NCBI RefSeq assembly: GCF_000981445.1
Contig: NC_027216.1
Location: 434,001-498,000, forward strand
Length of the DNA stretch: 64,000 bases
Direction: 5' to 3'
Source: Babesia bigemina
Lineage: Eukaryota
Position 1 is the stretch's first letter. Every line of letters starts with the position of its first letter. A program made the translations under genes and the position numbers. The notes under the pieces were generated by a model. It saw only the letters and a list, made by a program, of their open reading frames with translations. It searched no databases and was not told where the DNA came from. Below, piece by piece: positions 23,231 through 33,459 of the stretch.

Positions 23231-23339
23231 TGTCTACCTAGTGTCTGCAGCCTTCCACGCGCCCGCGTTGCGTTAGTGAGGCCGCCCGGCCGTTGTCGCG
23301 GAATGCTTGCTCCCGGCCGCCTGCCACTCGGCTTTCGTA

Positions 23340-24083
23340 ATGGATAATTTATTTAGTGACGACGAGTCGCCCGAGGCGGGCGGCGAGGACGCCGGCTACT
23401 TGGAGTCGCTGACCGACCTCAAGCTTGAGCTGCCGGCTGTGAAAACTGACGACCCAAACCAGGATGAAGACGGTATCGACATCTGCAGCTCCGAGGCTCT
23501 CTTGGAGCTCGCGGAATCCAACCCCTCGCTGCTCATCCCCAGCGTTCTGCCGGAACCGAAGGAGATCCGGGTAGGTCGGAATCCGAGCCAGCTCACCTCC
23601 GCGCCAGGCCGAGGAAAGCAGCGTGATGGAGTTTTTCAACACGCCGTAAGTGTATTAAATTTGCGCGTCAAATTGCGCAGCGGCACTCACTTCATGCACA
23701 TTCAAATGCCGAATGCGATGCCACACCTCGACAAGGAGCGTACCCTGCAGGAGGACCCCGCCGCGCGTACGGACGGCAGCTCCGCGGAGAGCTCACCGTG
23801 CTCCACGCCTCCCGAAGAGCCCGATGAGCCGCAAATCTACCAGACGTCGCGTGTAGATTGCCTGCCGTCAGGGCGGCTCGGGAGGCTGCGCATCCACCGC
23901 AGCGGCAAAATTCAGCTCCACGTCGGCGGTCACGTGTTCAACTTCACGCAAGGCAGCCGCGTGAGCTGCAAGCAACAGGTCGGGTGCCTGCTTGAGGAGA
24001 ACGACGAATTTCTGTTCCTCGGGAACTATCGCAAGAAGTTCGTGGTTTCGCCGGACTTCAGCGCCATGTGGAACAAGCAGTGA
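23340..24083 (+). CDS. RPC4: RNA polymerase III subunit RPC4/RPC53 (probable introns 23571..23607 and 23646..23680)
   Basis: C-terminal Rpc4 domain: HIQMP...GRLGRLRIHRSGKIQLHVGGHVFNFTQG...LGNYRKKFVVSPDF. Confidence 0.85.
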   Translation: MDNLFSDDESPEAGGEDAGYLESLTDLKLELPAVKTDDPNQDEDGIDICSSEALLELAESNPSLLIPSVLPEPKEIRVGRNPSQLTSAPGRGKQRDGVFQHAVSVLNLRVKLRSGTHFMHIQMPNAMPHLDKERTLQEDPAARTDGSSAESSPCSTPPEEPDEPQIYQTSRVDCLPSGRLGRLRIHRSGKIQLHVGGHVFNFTQGSRVSCKQQVGCLLEENDEFLFLGNYRKKFVVSPDFSAMWNKQ

Positions 24084-25272
24084 CGCGGCGCGATAAACAG
24101 AAACACATCACCTCTAACGCCTTTGTGTACCGTTCGGCGAGCTGCATCGGCAAAGACATTGACAACGCACCAATAACCACACCGCGGCAAGGCCCGGGGT
24201 ACGTCCGCAGGAGTCCCGGGTCTCCTGCGCTCCAGATTACGGGCCTCCGTCCGTCCGTCGGTAGCCAGCAGCCGTCATCCGCATCCCGGAGGCGTCTGCG
24301 TCTGCGGTCCCAGTGCCCTGTGTGGGGGATTCCAACGCCTTGGCCGGTGTGACACGGTCGCATCGGCGAAGCGCGGCCGCGGGAGCCAGCTCCCCGCTCC
24401 GCTGTACCGCATGATATGTGTGTTAAGTTGGCGTGACAACGCCGGCGCTGAAAAAGCGCGGAAGAATAGCACTGTGACAATGCAACGTCGACGTCGAGGC
24501 GGCGGGGGACCGCCTTCGCCTCGCAGTACTGCATTTTCGACGCCAGTACAGGAAGGCCCGGCGCAAATAGACAGAATTCATTAAAAAATAAAATGCGATG
24601 ACGCATCGCGAGCTGTCGTTAGCCAGCGCGCACGGCGAGAAAGCGGGCGTACCACACGGTGGCGTCTGGGCTAGCGATCCGGACGGGGAAGAAGAACGGC
24701 GCATGCTCTATATCGACCCTTGCATTTCAACCGCCTATGTGTGCTGCCGAGCCGTCGAAGTGGCTTGAAAGTATTTGTAAATGTAATTGGGAATACAATT
24801 ACGCATTGTCTAAACACACTGCTTCGATGGATGATGTGTTGTTCACCGCTGAGTAGTACCACAACGGAGCCGCGCCCACAGAGTCTTCCCACGTGCAGAA
24901 GCGCACTCGCAAGCTCTACCATACAATGTCTATAGCGTCTGGGAGCATCGCCCTCTCTTTGCTCACGCTTTTGTGTGGTTGGTAGTTCGAGGATCTCCGC
25001 CTAGGCCCCGCAGCAGATTAATTTGGGCAGATCCGCGGTTCACCGGCGAAGTTTTAATTTGAACCGTGCAGTTTATTTTGGTCCCGGGTTCGGTCAGTTG
25101 GGGGCCTTTCTGCTGGAAGCGCTAAGACACCTGAGCTCGCGGTGGATCTATGATGTGTATCGAGTTTCGGACCAGCTGAGCCCTCACTGGATCTACTCCG
25201 TATTTTTCGCAGTCTGTCTGGCCGGTGGGCGTGAAGCAACGACTCCTTTTCTGTCTACCACTGGGATTCTGC

Positions 25273-28200
25273 ATGATGGACCAGCGGGAGACAGGGGAGC
25301 CGACCGGCGCAGCGCGCGGGGCGAACCGGCCGACGCTGTTTAACCTGCTTGAGGTGCTAGCTAGCGATGCGTACACTACGCCGCAACAGCGGCACAGCAT
25401 TCGGGGGGTGGTCACGGAGTTCCTGAACAACAAGTTTGAGCATTCCAAGGTGTATTCGTACATCGGCGCCATCGTGGGCCACGACGTGCTGCACTCCGTC
25501 ATCAAACAGCTGGAGTCAGACCCCGATCGCGTGCCGCTGCCGGACCAGAACGGCCTCATGCGTATCGAGTCTGCGTTCAACCTGAGCCGAACGTACAAGG
25601 CGCCGACCCATGCGGAGCTCCCAGTCACGGTCTCCGCGAGCGCACCAGCGCCGACGGCTCCGTCCATGCAGCCGTCCGGCCCGACTTCCACCCACTTCGC
25701 CGGCGGCTCGAAGGAGGACATTCTGCGCACGATTCGGCGCAACCTCGGCACTCGTAAAGCGCCGGGTAACCTGACCGCAAATAAGGACACTCTGTCTGCG
25801 GTCAGGGCGGCGTCTGCTGGCGTGCTGCTGCAGAAGGCATGCTGGATGCCCATTAGGCGCTCTTTGAGCGCGGGCGCGCTGTACGGCCACTCACTGGTCT
25901 GCATCGGGAGTCGCGCGTACCTGCTGGGTGGCAGCAACGGCAACCCGCAAGGCGTCAACTTCGGGCGTGCGCACGTCGTGAGCCTGGTAAACTTCAGCTC
26001 CAAGCCGATGACTTTCACTGGGGAAATCCCGCCGCCGCGTGAGGGTAACACTGCGAACGTCGCCGTGATCCAGCAAAGCCATTCGGTTATCGTATTCGGA
26101 GGGTTCAACGGCGAGCGCTTCTTTAACGACATCCATATACTGGACCTCGAGAAAAGGAAGTGGATGCATCGTCGGCATGCGGCCGGGCGCGTCCCTTTGC
26201 CTAGGGACGAGCACTGCGCTGTGGTGTACCCGGCGCGGTGCGAGTCTAGCCAGAAGCCGAAGAGCGGGGCCGAGTTTTTGTTCATATTCGGCGGTAAGAC
26301 CGGTCTGCGCACCCAGCTCGAGTGCCTGAACGACATGTGGGCGTACCACATCGATTCTGCGACTTGGGCGCAGGTGGAGTACCCCGCCGACACCAAGGTG
26401 CCCGCCCCTCGCTTCGGTGTCTGTGCGTTGTGGGCGGACGATGACGTGCTTTGTGTCTTCGGAGGCGAGACCCATGGCCCCGATGGATATGTTGATAGGT
26501 CTGAACGCACACTCTTGGACGACCTTTGGATGTTCAAGTTCTCCAGCCCCACCTCGGGAACGTGGTACCAAGAGATTTACGAAGGGAGCATCGGGCCACG
26601 ATCGCACTACAGCTCTATATTCATCGCTCAGCGCTGTAAGGAACTACACACTGGTGTGCCGAGGACGATCGAACGGCTTATGTTGCTGACCGGAGGACTC
26701 ACGTACGCCCCCGGCAGCAAGAAGACAGTGGTGGCGTCGGACAAGCTGTACTTCTACTTCTTCTCACAGCGACGGTGGTACATCCTAAAGCCAAACTACC
26801 CTCGCAACTTCGTGGGCGAGCCGTTCGAACCCAGACAGCTCCACGTGGCGTGCTTCTTCGAGAAGAGGAACATCCTCTTCCCCGGCAGCAAGCCGTCGGT
26901 GCCGTGCATCTTCTTCCACGGAGGGTTCCACCGCAAGCAGGTGCTCAGCGACGCCTGGGTTTTGAGTCTCACCGGCGAGGACCTGTTCCTTAGCAACTCT
27001 GTGATTTCCCCATCGGATTCCAGCCAATTGAAGGCGCTGCAGACCAAGGACAGGATCTTCCCCCCGTGGTACTACAGGGAGAGCCATTCGCCTGACATGC
27101 TCTGGGCCCTTTGCTCCATGCAGAGGTGGGCATTCGGTGGCATCGCGCACCTCATCGCCAATTCTCTAAAAGAGGCCACCAGCAGCACGAGAATCACGAT
27201 CAAGTGGGAGCAGGCGCCTCAGGGCGATCGCGCGTTGCTCAGCATACAGGACGATGGTAACGGTCTGGACTACAGTGCTATGAACAAACTGCTTAAGCTG
27301 TTCGGGCAGTCGAAGACTGGTGAGCGGGGCCAGGCTTACGAGTATGGTGTTGGCTTCAAGATGGCGTTCGCCCGCACAGCGTCGGGTTGCGCGGTGATGT
27401 CTCGCACCACGGACACTATCGGTATTGGTATGCTCAGCGTCGAGCTAATGTCACAATGCGAGTCGCGCGAGATGTCCGTGCCGCTGTGTATGTGGCGCCT
27501 GCCCAGCAAGGAGCTTATCAACAAGGAGGGGTCTAGGATGGTTGATCAGCGGCACCACCAGCGCCTGCTGATGAGCTACAGCCCGTTCAACACCGCAACT
27601 TTGCTGGCTGAACAAATCAACATGTTGGGCACGTCTCCGGGAACACGTATGCTTTTCTGGCAGATGAGGGACGATATGGATTGCGTGTGGTATTCGCCGA
27701 AGGATCACACTCTGATGCTGAAGAATCCGCTGTATGATGACCTCGAAATCTCGAGCGATGAAATTGAAGCCCCTCCGCCTAAAGTGAGTCCCTCGTGGTT
27801 GGAAGTATTCCCTCTGTGGAGGTCGGCTCAGTACTCCATGGACTACTGCCTTCCCGTTTACATTTTCTGGCTGCATCTCCGATCGTCGTGCGCCATCAGT
27901 ATCCAGGACATTGACTTGGTGCCGTATGACATGCGCGACAAAGTGGCGCAAGCTGCGGAGGCTGCCAACGCCTCTTCCGAGGAGCTTACGACGGAGGACG
28001 AATGTATGGTAACCAGCGCGCAACCGATGTCAGTGCAGCAATTCCAGGTACAGCCGCTCCAGGATCACCCTCTGCAGGCGCAATTACAGGCCCACCCTAT
28101 GCCTTTGCAGCAGTTCCAGGTACAGCCGCTCCAGGATCACCCTCTGCAGGCGCAATTACAGGCCCACCCTATGCCTTTGCAGCAGTTCCAGGTACAGCCT

Positions 28201-29679
28201 CTCCAGGCTCACCATCTGCAGGCACATTTACAGGCCGAACAGCATCAGGATCAACCTTTACTGGCACACCATTTACAGGCCGAACATCATCAGGACCAAC
28301 CTTTACTGGTCCATCATTTACAGGACGAGCAGCATCAGGAGCAACACTTACTGTCGCATCCGCTCCAGGCCGAGCAGCATCAGGACCAACCTTTACTGGC
28401 ACACCATTTGCAGGCCGAACATCATCAGGACCAACCTTTACTGGCACACCATTTACAGGCCGAACATCATCAGGAGCAACACTTACTGGCGCACCCGCTT
28501 CAGGCCCATCCGCTCCAGGCTCGCCAGCTCCAAGCCCAGCAGCATCAGGAGCAGCACTTACTGGCGCATCCGCTTCAGGCCCAGCGGCATCAGGCTCACC
28601 AGCTTCAAGCCTTTCAAGAAGCGGCTCACCAGCTCCAAGCCCAGCAGCTGCAGGCCCAACAGTTACCGGCGCACCAGCTTCAAGCCAATCAAGAACCGAA
28701 GCACCTGCTTCAGACCCATCAGGAACCGAAGCACCTGCTTCAGGCCCATCAAGAACCGGCTCACCAGCTCCAGGCCCAGAAGCTTCAGGTCCAACAGTTG
28801 CAGGTTCAGCCAATGCCACCGTTGAAGAGGCACCACCCCCTCCCTCAACAAATGCAGCACCCGTCGCAACAATTGCAAGAGCAGGAGGAACCCAGCGAGC
28901 CAGCAAGGAAGGAGGTTTACAACTGCCAGAGTACTGGCTGTACGTATTGTGGTGTTGCTCCGGTTGATAGAGGCCTCTGTGACGATCGCAGCTTGTGGTC
29001 GTTCCTGCGCCGCCGGCTATTCTGCCGCGTCCAGCTTCCGTACCTCTTCGCCCCCTCCGACCACAAGCACGGCTGTTGTGCCATGATCGGTTTCCTGAAC
29101 CGTCCGCACTTCTGCGGCCCAGAGGATGTGGAAGAGGTTACTTGTGATGTGTCCGGTGAGCGCGTATGCGAGACCGGAGTGCTGCTCTACTTCAGGGGAC
29201 GGCTGATAAGCAGGCTTGAGGGCCACTTCCCGGCACCCACGTCGGAAATTGAAAGCGCACGTGAGCCTCCGAAGGAGTCCTTGTTCAAGGGTGAACTCTA
29301 CAGATTCGCGCTTACCGCCGTGGTAAATGTGCCTGAGTGGCTCATTCCATCGGCCACCAAGCAGGAGTTCGTGCAAGAGAACAACAAGGCCTTCTTCGAC
29401 TTCAAGTCCAAACTTATGGGACTGATATCGGAATACAGCAAGGTCTGCAGCAATCGCGCGGAGCGCAAGGCGTGGGAATCACACCGCCTGCAGCAGCTGA
29501 TTGCGTACGACCAGCGCCAAGAACAGCTCCGTATAGAGCGCACCATCAGCGACCAAAACGAAGAAACGCTGCCGATATGGCGCAACGAAGCTGACCGTGA
29601 AATGGCTCCGGGTGATCTGGCCGAGGTCCCTGCTCTCATAAACCAGGAGCCTCTTCGCCCGTATGAGCACTTACAGTAG
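25273..29679 (+). CDS. MORC: Apicomplexan Kelch-repeat MORC (GHKL ATPase) chromatin repressor
   Basis: Kelch repeats (PPPREG, VFGGFNG, IFGG, DDLW). GHKL motifs WAFGGIAHLIANS, IQDDGNGLD and YGVGFK. C-terminal MORC S5-like segment GVLLYFRGRLI...WLIPSATKQEF. Confidence 0.88.
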   Translation: MMDQRETGEPTGAARGANRPTLFNLLEVLASDAYTTPQQRHSIRGVVTEFLNNKFEHSKVYSYIGAIVGHDVLHSVIKQLESDPDRVPLPDQNGLMRIESAFNLSRTYKAPTHAELPVTVSASAPAPTAPSMQPSGPTSTHFAGGSKEDILRTIRRNLGTRKAPGNLTANKDTLSAVRAASAGVLLQKACWMPIRRSLSAGALYGHSLVCIGSRAYLLGGSNGNPQGVNFGRAHVVSLVNFSSKPMTFTGEIPPPREGNTANVAVIQQSHSVIVFGGFNGERFFNDIHILDLEKRKWMHRRHAAGRVPLPRDEHCAVVYPARCESSQKPKSGAEFLFIFGGKTGLRTQLECLNDMWAYHIDSATWAQVEYPADTKVPAPRFGVCALWADDDVLCVFGGETHGPDGYVDRSERTLLDDLWMFKFSSPTSGTWYQEIYEGSIGPRSHYSSIFIAQRCKELHTGVPRTIERLMLLTGGLTYAPGSKKTVVASDKLYFYFFSQRRWYILKPNYPRNFVGEPFEPRQLHVACFFEKRNILFPGSKPSVPCIFFHGGFHRKQVLSDAWVLSLTGEDLFLSNSVISPSDSSQLKALQTKDRIFPPWYYRESHSPDMLWALCSMQRWAFGGIAHLIANSLKEATSSTRITIKWEQAPQGDRALLSIQDDGNGLDYSAMNKLLKLFGQSKTGERGQAYEYGVGFKMAFARTASGCAVMSRTTDTIGIGMLSVELMSQCESREMSVPLCMWRLPSKELINKEGSRMVDQRHHQRLLMSYSPFNTATLLAEQINMLGTSPGTRMLFWQMRDDMDCVWYSPKDHTLMLKNPLYDDLEISSDEIEAPPPKVSPSWLEVFPLWRSAQYSMDYCLPVYIFWLHLRSSCAISIQDIDLVPYDMRDKVAQAAEAANASSEELTTEDECMVTSAQPMSVQQFQVQPLQDHPLQAQLQAHPMPLQQFQVQPLQDHPLQAQLQAHPMPLQQFQVQPLQAHHLQAHLQAEQHQDQPLLAHHLQAEHHQDQPLLVHHLQDEQHQEQHLLSHPLQAEQHQDQPLLAHHLQAEHHQDQPLLAHHLQAEHHQEQHLLAHPLQAHPLQARQLQAQQHQEQHLLAHPLQAQRHQAHQLQAFQEAAHQLQAQQLQAQQLPAHQLQANQEPKHLLQTHQEPKHLLQAHQEPAHQLQAQKLQVQQLQVQPMPPLKRHHPLPQQMQHPSQQLQEQEEPSEPARKEVYNCQSTGCTYCGVAPVDRGLCDDRSLWSFLRRRLFCRVQLPYLFAPSDHKHGCCAMIGFLNRPHFCGPEDVEEVTCDVSGERVCETGVLLYFRGRLISRLEGHFPAPTSEIESAREPPKESLFKGELYRFALTAVVNVPEWLIPSATKQEFVQENNKAFFDFKSKLMGLISEYSKVCSNRAERKAWESHRLQQLIAYDQRQEQLRIERTISDQNEETLPIWRNEADREMAPGDLAEVPALINQEPLRPYEHLQ
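28020..28880 (+). repeat. Nested 72-, 45- and 15-bp repeats encoding a Gln/His/Leu-rich insert in MORC
   Basis: HPMPLQQFQVQPLQDHPLQAQLQA (72 bp) about three times, then EQHQDQPLLAHHLQA (45 bp) units, then HQLQA-type pentads. Confidence 0.92.
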
Positions 29680-29978
29680 AATAAACGTGCCAAAAAAACG
29701 TCCAGTAATATGCCTGATGTGTCAATACGTGTCTATAGACCTGCATGTAGGTGCTGCGCGGCGCATGAGGTAGCCGTGCGACGGCGATCCGATGTGGTTG
29801 GACACAGACACCGGCGCAGGTGGCGCGTCATTTCCGCGTTGGCGCGAAACTATTGAGATACGTAGCTTCAACTGGCGCCAAATGTACCACATTTATGTTT
29901 ACTTTCGATTAAAACAATCTGGCGTTGCTTCGTCAGTCTTTTTGCCAACATCATCTGGCTTCTGCAAAACCCGACACA

Positions 29979-30662
29979 ATGGAACAGTCGACGGGGTTGA
30001 ACAAAATGGCCCTCAGCTGCTTTCGCACGAAACAGTGCGTCCACTATTTGAGAGGCAATTGCAACTTCACGGACTCCAAATGCCTGTACAGCCACCAGTC
30101 GATTTGCGTACGCCGGTGCCCCTTCTACCTTTCCGACACCTCGTATATCCGTTACCTTCCGCTGCTATGCAGAAACGTAGTATTCGGGCCGAAGTTCGAG
30201 GTCATTGAGATGAATTGCCCGCACGGAAACGAGTGCGTATTTTCGCACTGTATCGACGAGCTGTTGTACCACCCGAACTTCTACAAAATAATCCCCTGTA
30301 AGGATCACCTCCTTGGGTTTTGCGGTCAAGGCTACTGCCCATTTGTGCATGACAAGAGCGAGCAGCGTGCCCTGCGGCACTATAAGTTGCCGTTCGCGAA
30401 GGGGGTCAAGATTCCGCACATCAAGCACATCACGGTGGTCGACAGGATTGTACGCAAGAAGCCGAGGACCGATGCCAGGAAACCCAATAAACCGTCGCGC
30501 GCACCGTTTATAAGCAGGGCTAGCACATGCAGCGGTCCGAAGGAGGAATCCGACTGCTTCGATGAACACCTTAATAGGCTGCTGATGAACATGCGCCTCA
30601 CACCACTGCAGGGACCCACGCGACAGGACACCGATGTATGGAACGGTTTGATCGATTTCTGA
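29979..30662 (+). CDS. CCCH zinc-finger (Unkempt-like) RNA-binding protein
   Basis: FRTKQC-x7-C-x6-C-x3-H, CPHGNECVFSH, ELLYHPNFYKIIPC...CGQGYCPFVH. Confidence 0.85.
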   Translation: MEQSTGLNKMALSCFRTKQCVHYLRGNCNFTDSKCLYSHQSICVRRCPFYLSDTSYIRYLPLLCRNVVFGPKFEVIEMNCPHGNECVFSHCIDELLYHPNFYKIIPCKDHLLGFCGQGYCPFVHDKSEQRALRHYKLPFAKGVKIPHIKHITVVDRIVRKKPRTDARKPNKPSRAPFISRASTCSGPKEESDCFDEHLNRLLMNMRLTPLQGPTRQDTDVWNGLIDF

Positions 30663-31138
30663 ATACCCCCCGCTACTGTAACTTGGGCCGTGTAAAATAA
30701 CAGAAATTGTTGTTGTTGAGAAGCCAAGGGCACGAGCCTTGTATGTCCTACGTAATGTAAATGTTGATGCCTCAACATTTCAACGGAGCCGAATACACAC
30801 CATCTACTCTTATGATGCGCTATAAGGCGTGCCAACTGTTGCTTCGAGACATTGATGTGGTTTCTTTCGCCCCCTCGCCGTGCACCATATCATCTGTTCA
30901 ACATGCCTCCGAAAGTCTTTTCTACGGCACACGCGCCGGGTTTGTGCGTCAAATTCTACTGTATACATAGAATGACTGCCGAATAGGTCCCATCATCGCT
31001 TGCGACGGGCTCACAGAAATTTGGATTAGACATGTCGCTACACGGGGCGGCAAACGTCGCCGCCAGCTCGCACGACGAACCCAGATGCACAGCAAATGTT
31101 TAAAAACTCATCTGAGCATAAATATACGTATTCTAGCA

Positions 31139-31894
31139 TTAAAGGATGTGTGGCTGGTTGAAAAGCGTTTTCCTGCGAAGCCATGTGACGCAGTGCAGCA
31201 GCGAACCTACACGAACCGCGGTGCCCCGAAAATCTCTATACCCCGGGAGATGGGCATCCTCGGGAACACATCGCTGAAGAAGTAATACGTGTGCCCTACT
31301 GCGATGCCTATCAGGTTCTCGGTGAGCAGGTACCCAGCAAAGTAGGACAACAACATCATGATCCTGCGGGGAATCCACACAATGCACAACCGACGTACCA
31401 TGGTAAATACGGTGCCGGAACCGATATAAAAACTACCCCAACCCTACTGTAGGGGTTCTTTCGGCCCCAGATGTAGGTCAGGACGTTGATCATGGTGCCA
31501 CCGTAGAACATGTTGTGGTGAAAAATTTGCGATAAACCCTGACGCGGCGCCATGTATAATTCGAGGATGGAGCGAAACCTACCAGCAACATCACTGCTGA
31601 ACATATGAGCATCCAAAAGAAGTCCGCTGGACGGTTATGCATACTCACGCTCTCCAGCGAGCTGCAGTAGTGTATCAGAACGTAGATGTTCCAGAAGAAA
31701 TTCATTCCAAATGACCCGAAGTAGATGAAACACGTCAAGAGACGCCACACCTCGCCTTGTAATATCAAGGTCCAGCTCATGTAGAGGTTGAGCGGACTTA
31801 TGATGTCCAACGAACAGAGTACCATGAGACATAGCGACGTCGTTATGTACAAGCGAGTCATGCACGGAATAGAGCCGACTAGGGAATCCATCAT
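31139..31894 (-). CDS. DER1: Derlin (Der1-like ERAD membrane protein), 4 exons
   Basis: IPCMTRLY, GEVWRLLTCFIYFG, YIWGRKNP, APYLPW, GIAVGHTYYFFSDVFP. No bipartite leader, so it is the ER copy. Confidence 0.92.
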
Positions 31895-33459
31895 GCCAAG
31901 ATGGAGCGTGTAACAAATCTCCCAGAAATGACGGCTGCCTCGCCAAGAGGACGCTCCCGCGCTCGTGTTTGCTTCTTGTCTCTCTCCTACCCAATTCAAT
32001 TAATACATCAGGTAATCATTTTATACAAGCCGAAGTGGCTATTTAACGGCGGATGTGTCGTGTATTTGGCGAGACAACGACTGCTGCCGGTTTACACATA
32101 CGTCCCAAAGGCCATGTGCCACGACCCGCCAGCCCAATTTAGCTTGCTCTGGCGGCGCTGTCCTATAAATTCAGCACAATTCCCTACGCAGCATGCACAG
32201 AAATCCTTTTTTGGCGTATTGCTTGATTCCTGATGGCACGTTATACCAACAAGACGATACACAGCATCTCTCGTATGTGTACACATACTCTCCACGCTTG
32301 CGCCATTTAAGTCATTCATACAACTTGTCTATGATGCTGATTTATGTTGTCTAAATAGTTTCTTCTTTAAGGTTTCGTCCAACGCCTCGGTTGCTCCTTT
32401 GCTGCTTACATCGGCAATCGGTTTGATTTCCACCCATTGTGAGAAGACGTCGCGAAATATCATGTCTCCGATTGTGATCACATTTTCATAAGCATGCGTA
32501 TCGGCTAAATAAGCGTTCTAGTGGATGTTCTACTTTTTACGTGAGTCAGGCATAGCAACGATTGTGACGTGCTTCGTGCAACATATGACCATTCCGTATC
32601 CAACAGTGGCAGTGGCATGCTGATATCGGTAACAAAAACACGTACTGATTCCTCTCTCTACAATGAGCCACTTATCCGACCTAAATTTATGGCCACACTC
32701 GCATTAGCTTTGTTATTTATAGCAACTATCACTGGTTAATGCATTTAATCACATACGCAAAAGGGTGAACGAAACAATGTGAATCACGTTTCTATAAACG
32801 ATATTGCACCAAAGCCAGTTTTATTAGGCCAAACGAAAAAATAATTTGCCGCCGTACAACCGCAAATAGACTGTCACGATAATGCTTACCGTTCGACGCA
32901 TCCCCCAAGCAGTTTAACATGATAGCCAATTGTTTGTTTTCGTAATACCGCTGTACTTTGGATTGAAGGTTATGTATGCCGCTGAAGCGTGGCATAGCCG
33001 ACATGAGTATATTAAGGATATAACTGATGACCCTTAATATTCGACATCACCATAGACCTACATCATACGAAATAGTAACATCCTGATGACAAGTCAATGC
33101 GGAGCGGGTTAAGCAGTTCGAGATGTTGCACGCTGCGTATGGCGAACGTGAGCTCATGAGCTCGTATTGCGTTTTCATAAAAAGCGCTATGTTATGCAGC
33201 TGCAGCAATTTATTTTGACATATAGTCACTATGGATTAGTGTAAATGATTTTAATATGAAATATCCTGCCATATCTCCCGGATGCAGTTATGTACAACTG
33301 AATCTGACGGTTCATTATCGATTCATACGTTGCTTGTTTTTAATTATTTAGGTATGCTCACCCTGATTTCCAGACAAATTCAAAAAGCATGGGATCATTT
33401 CGCCGGTCTTTATGCACTCCGGCATTGTAATATTTACGAAAGAAACACGGGCCTTAATA

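Noticed and set aside
28200..28810. 5-residue periodicity in the MORC insert as a DNA-mimic pentapeptide-repeat beta-helix
   Set aside because: Does not fit the [STAV][DN][LF]xx consensus and is rich in Pro/His/Gln; more likely disordered.
11107..29679. MCM6, SMC4, RPC4 and MORC as a functional chromosome-biology cluster
   Set aside because: Unrelated genes are interspersed and orientation is mixed; compatible with chance in a compact genome.
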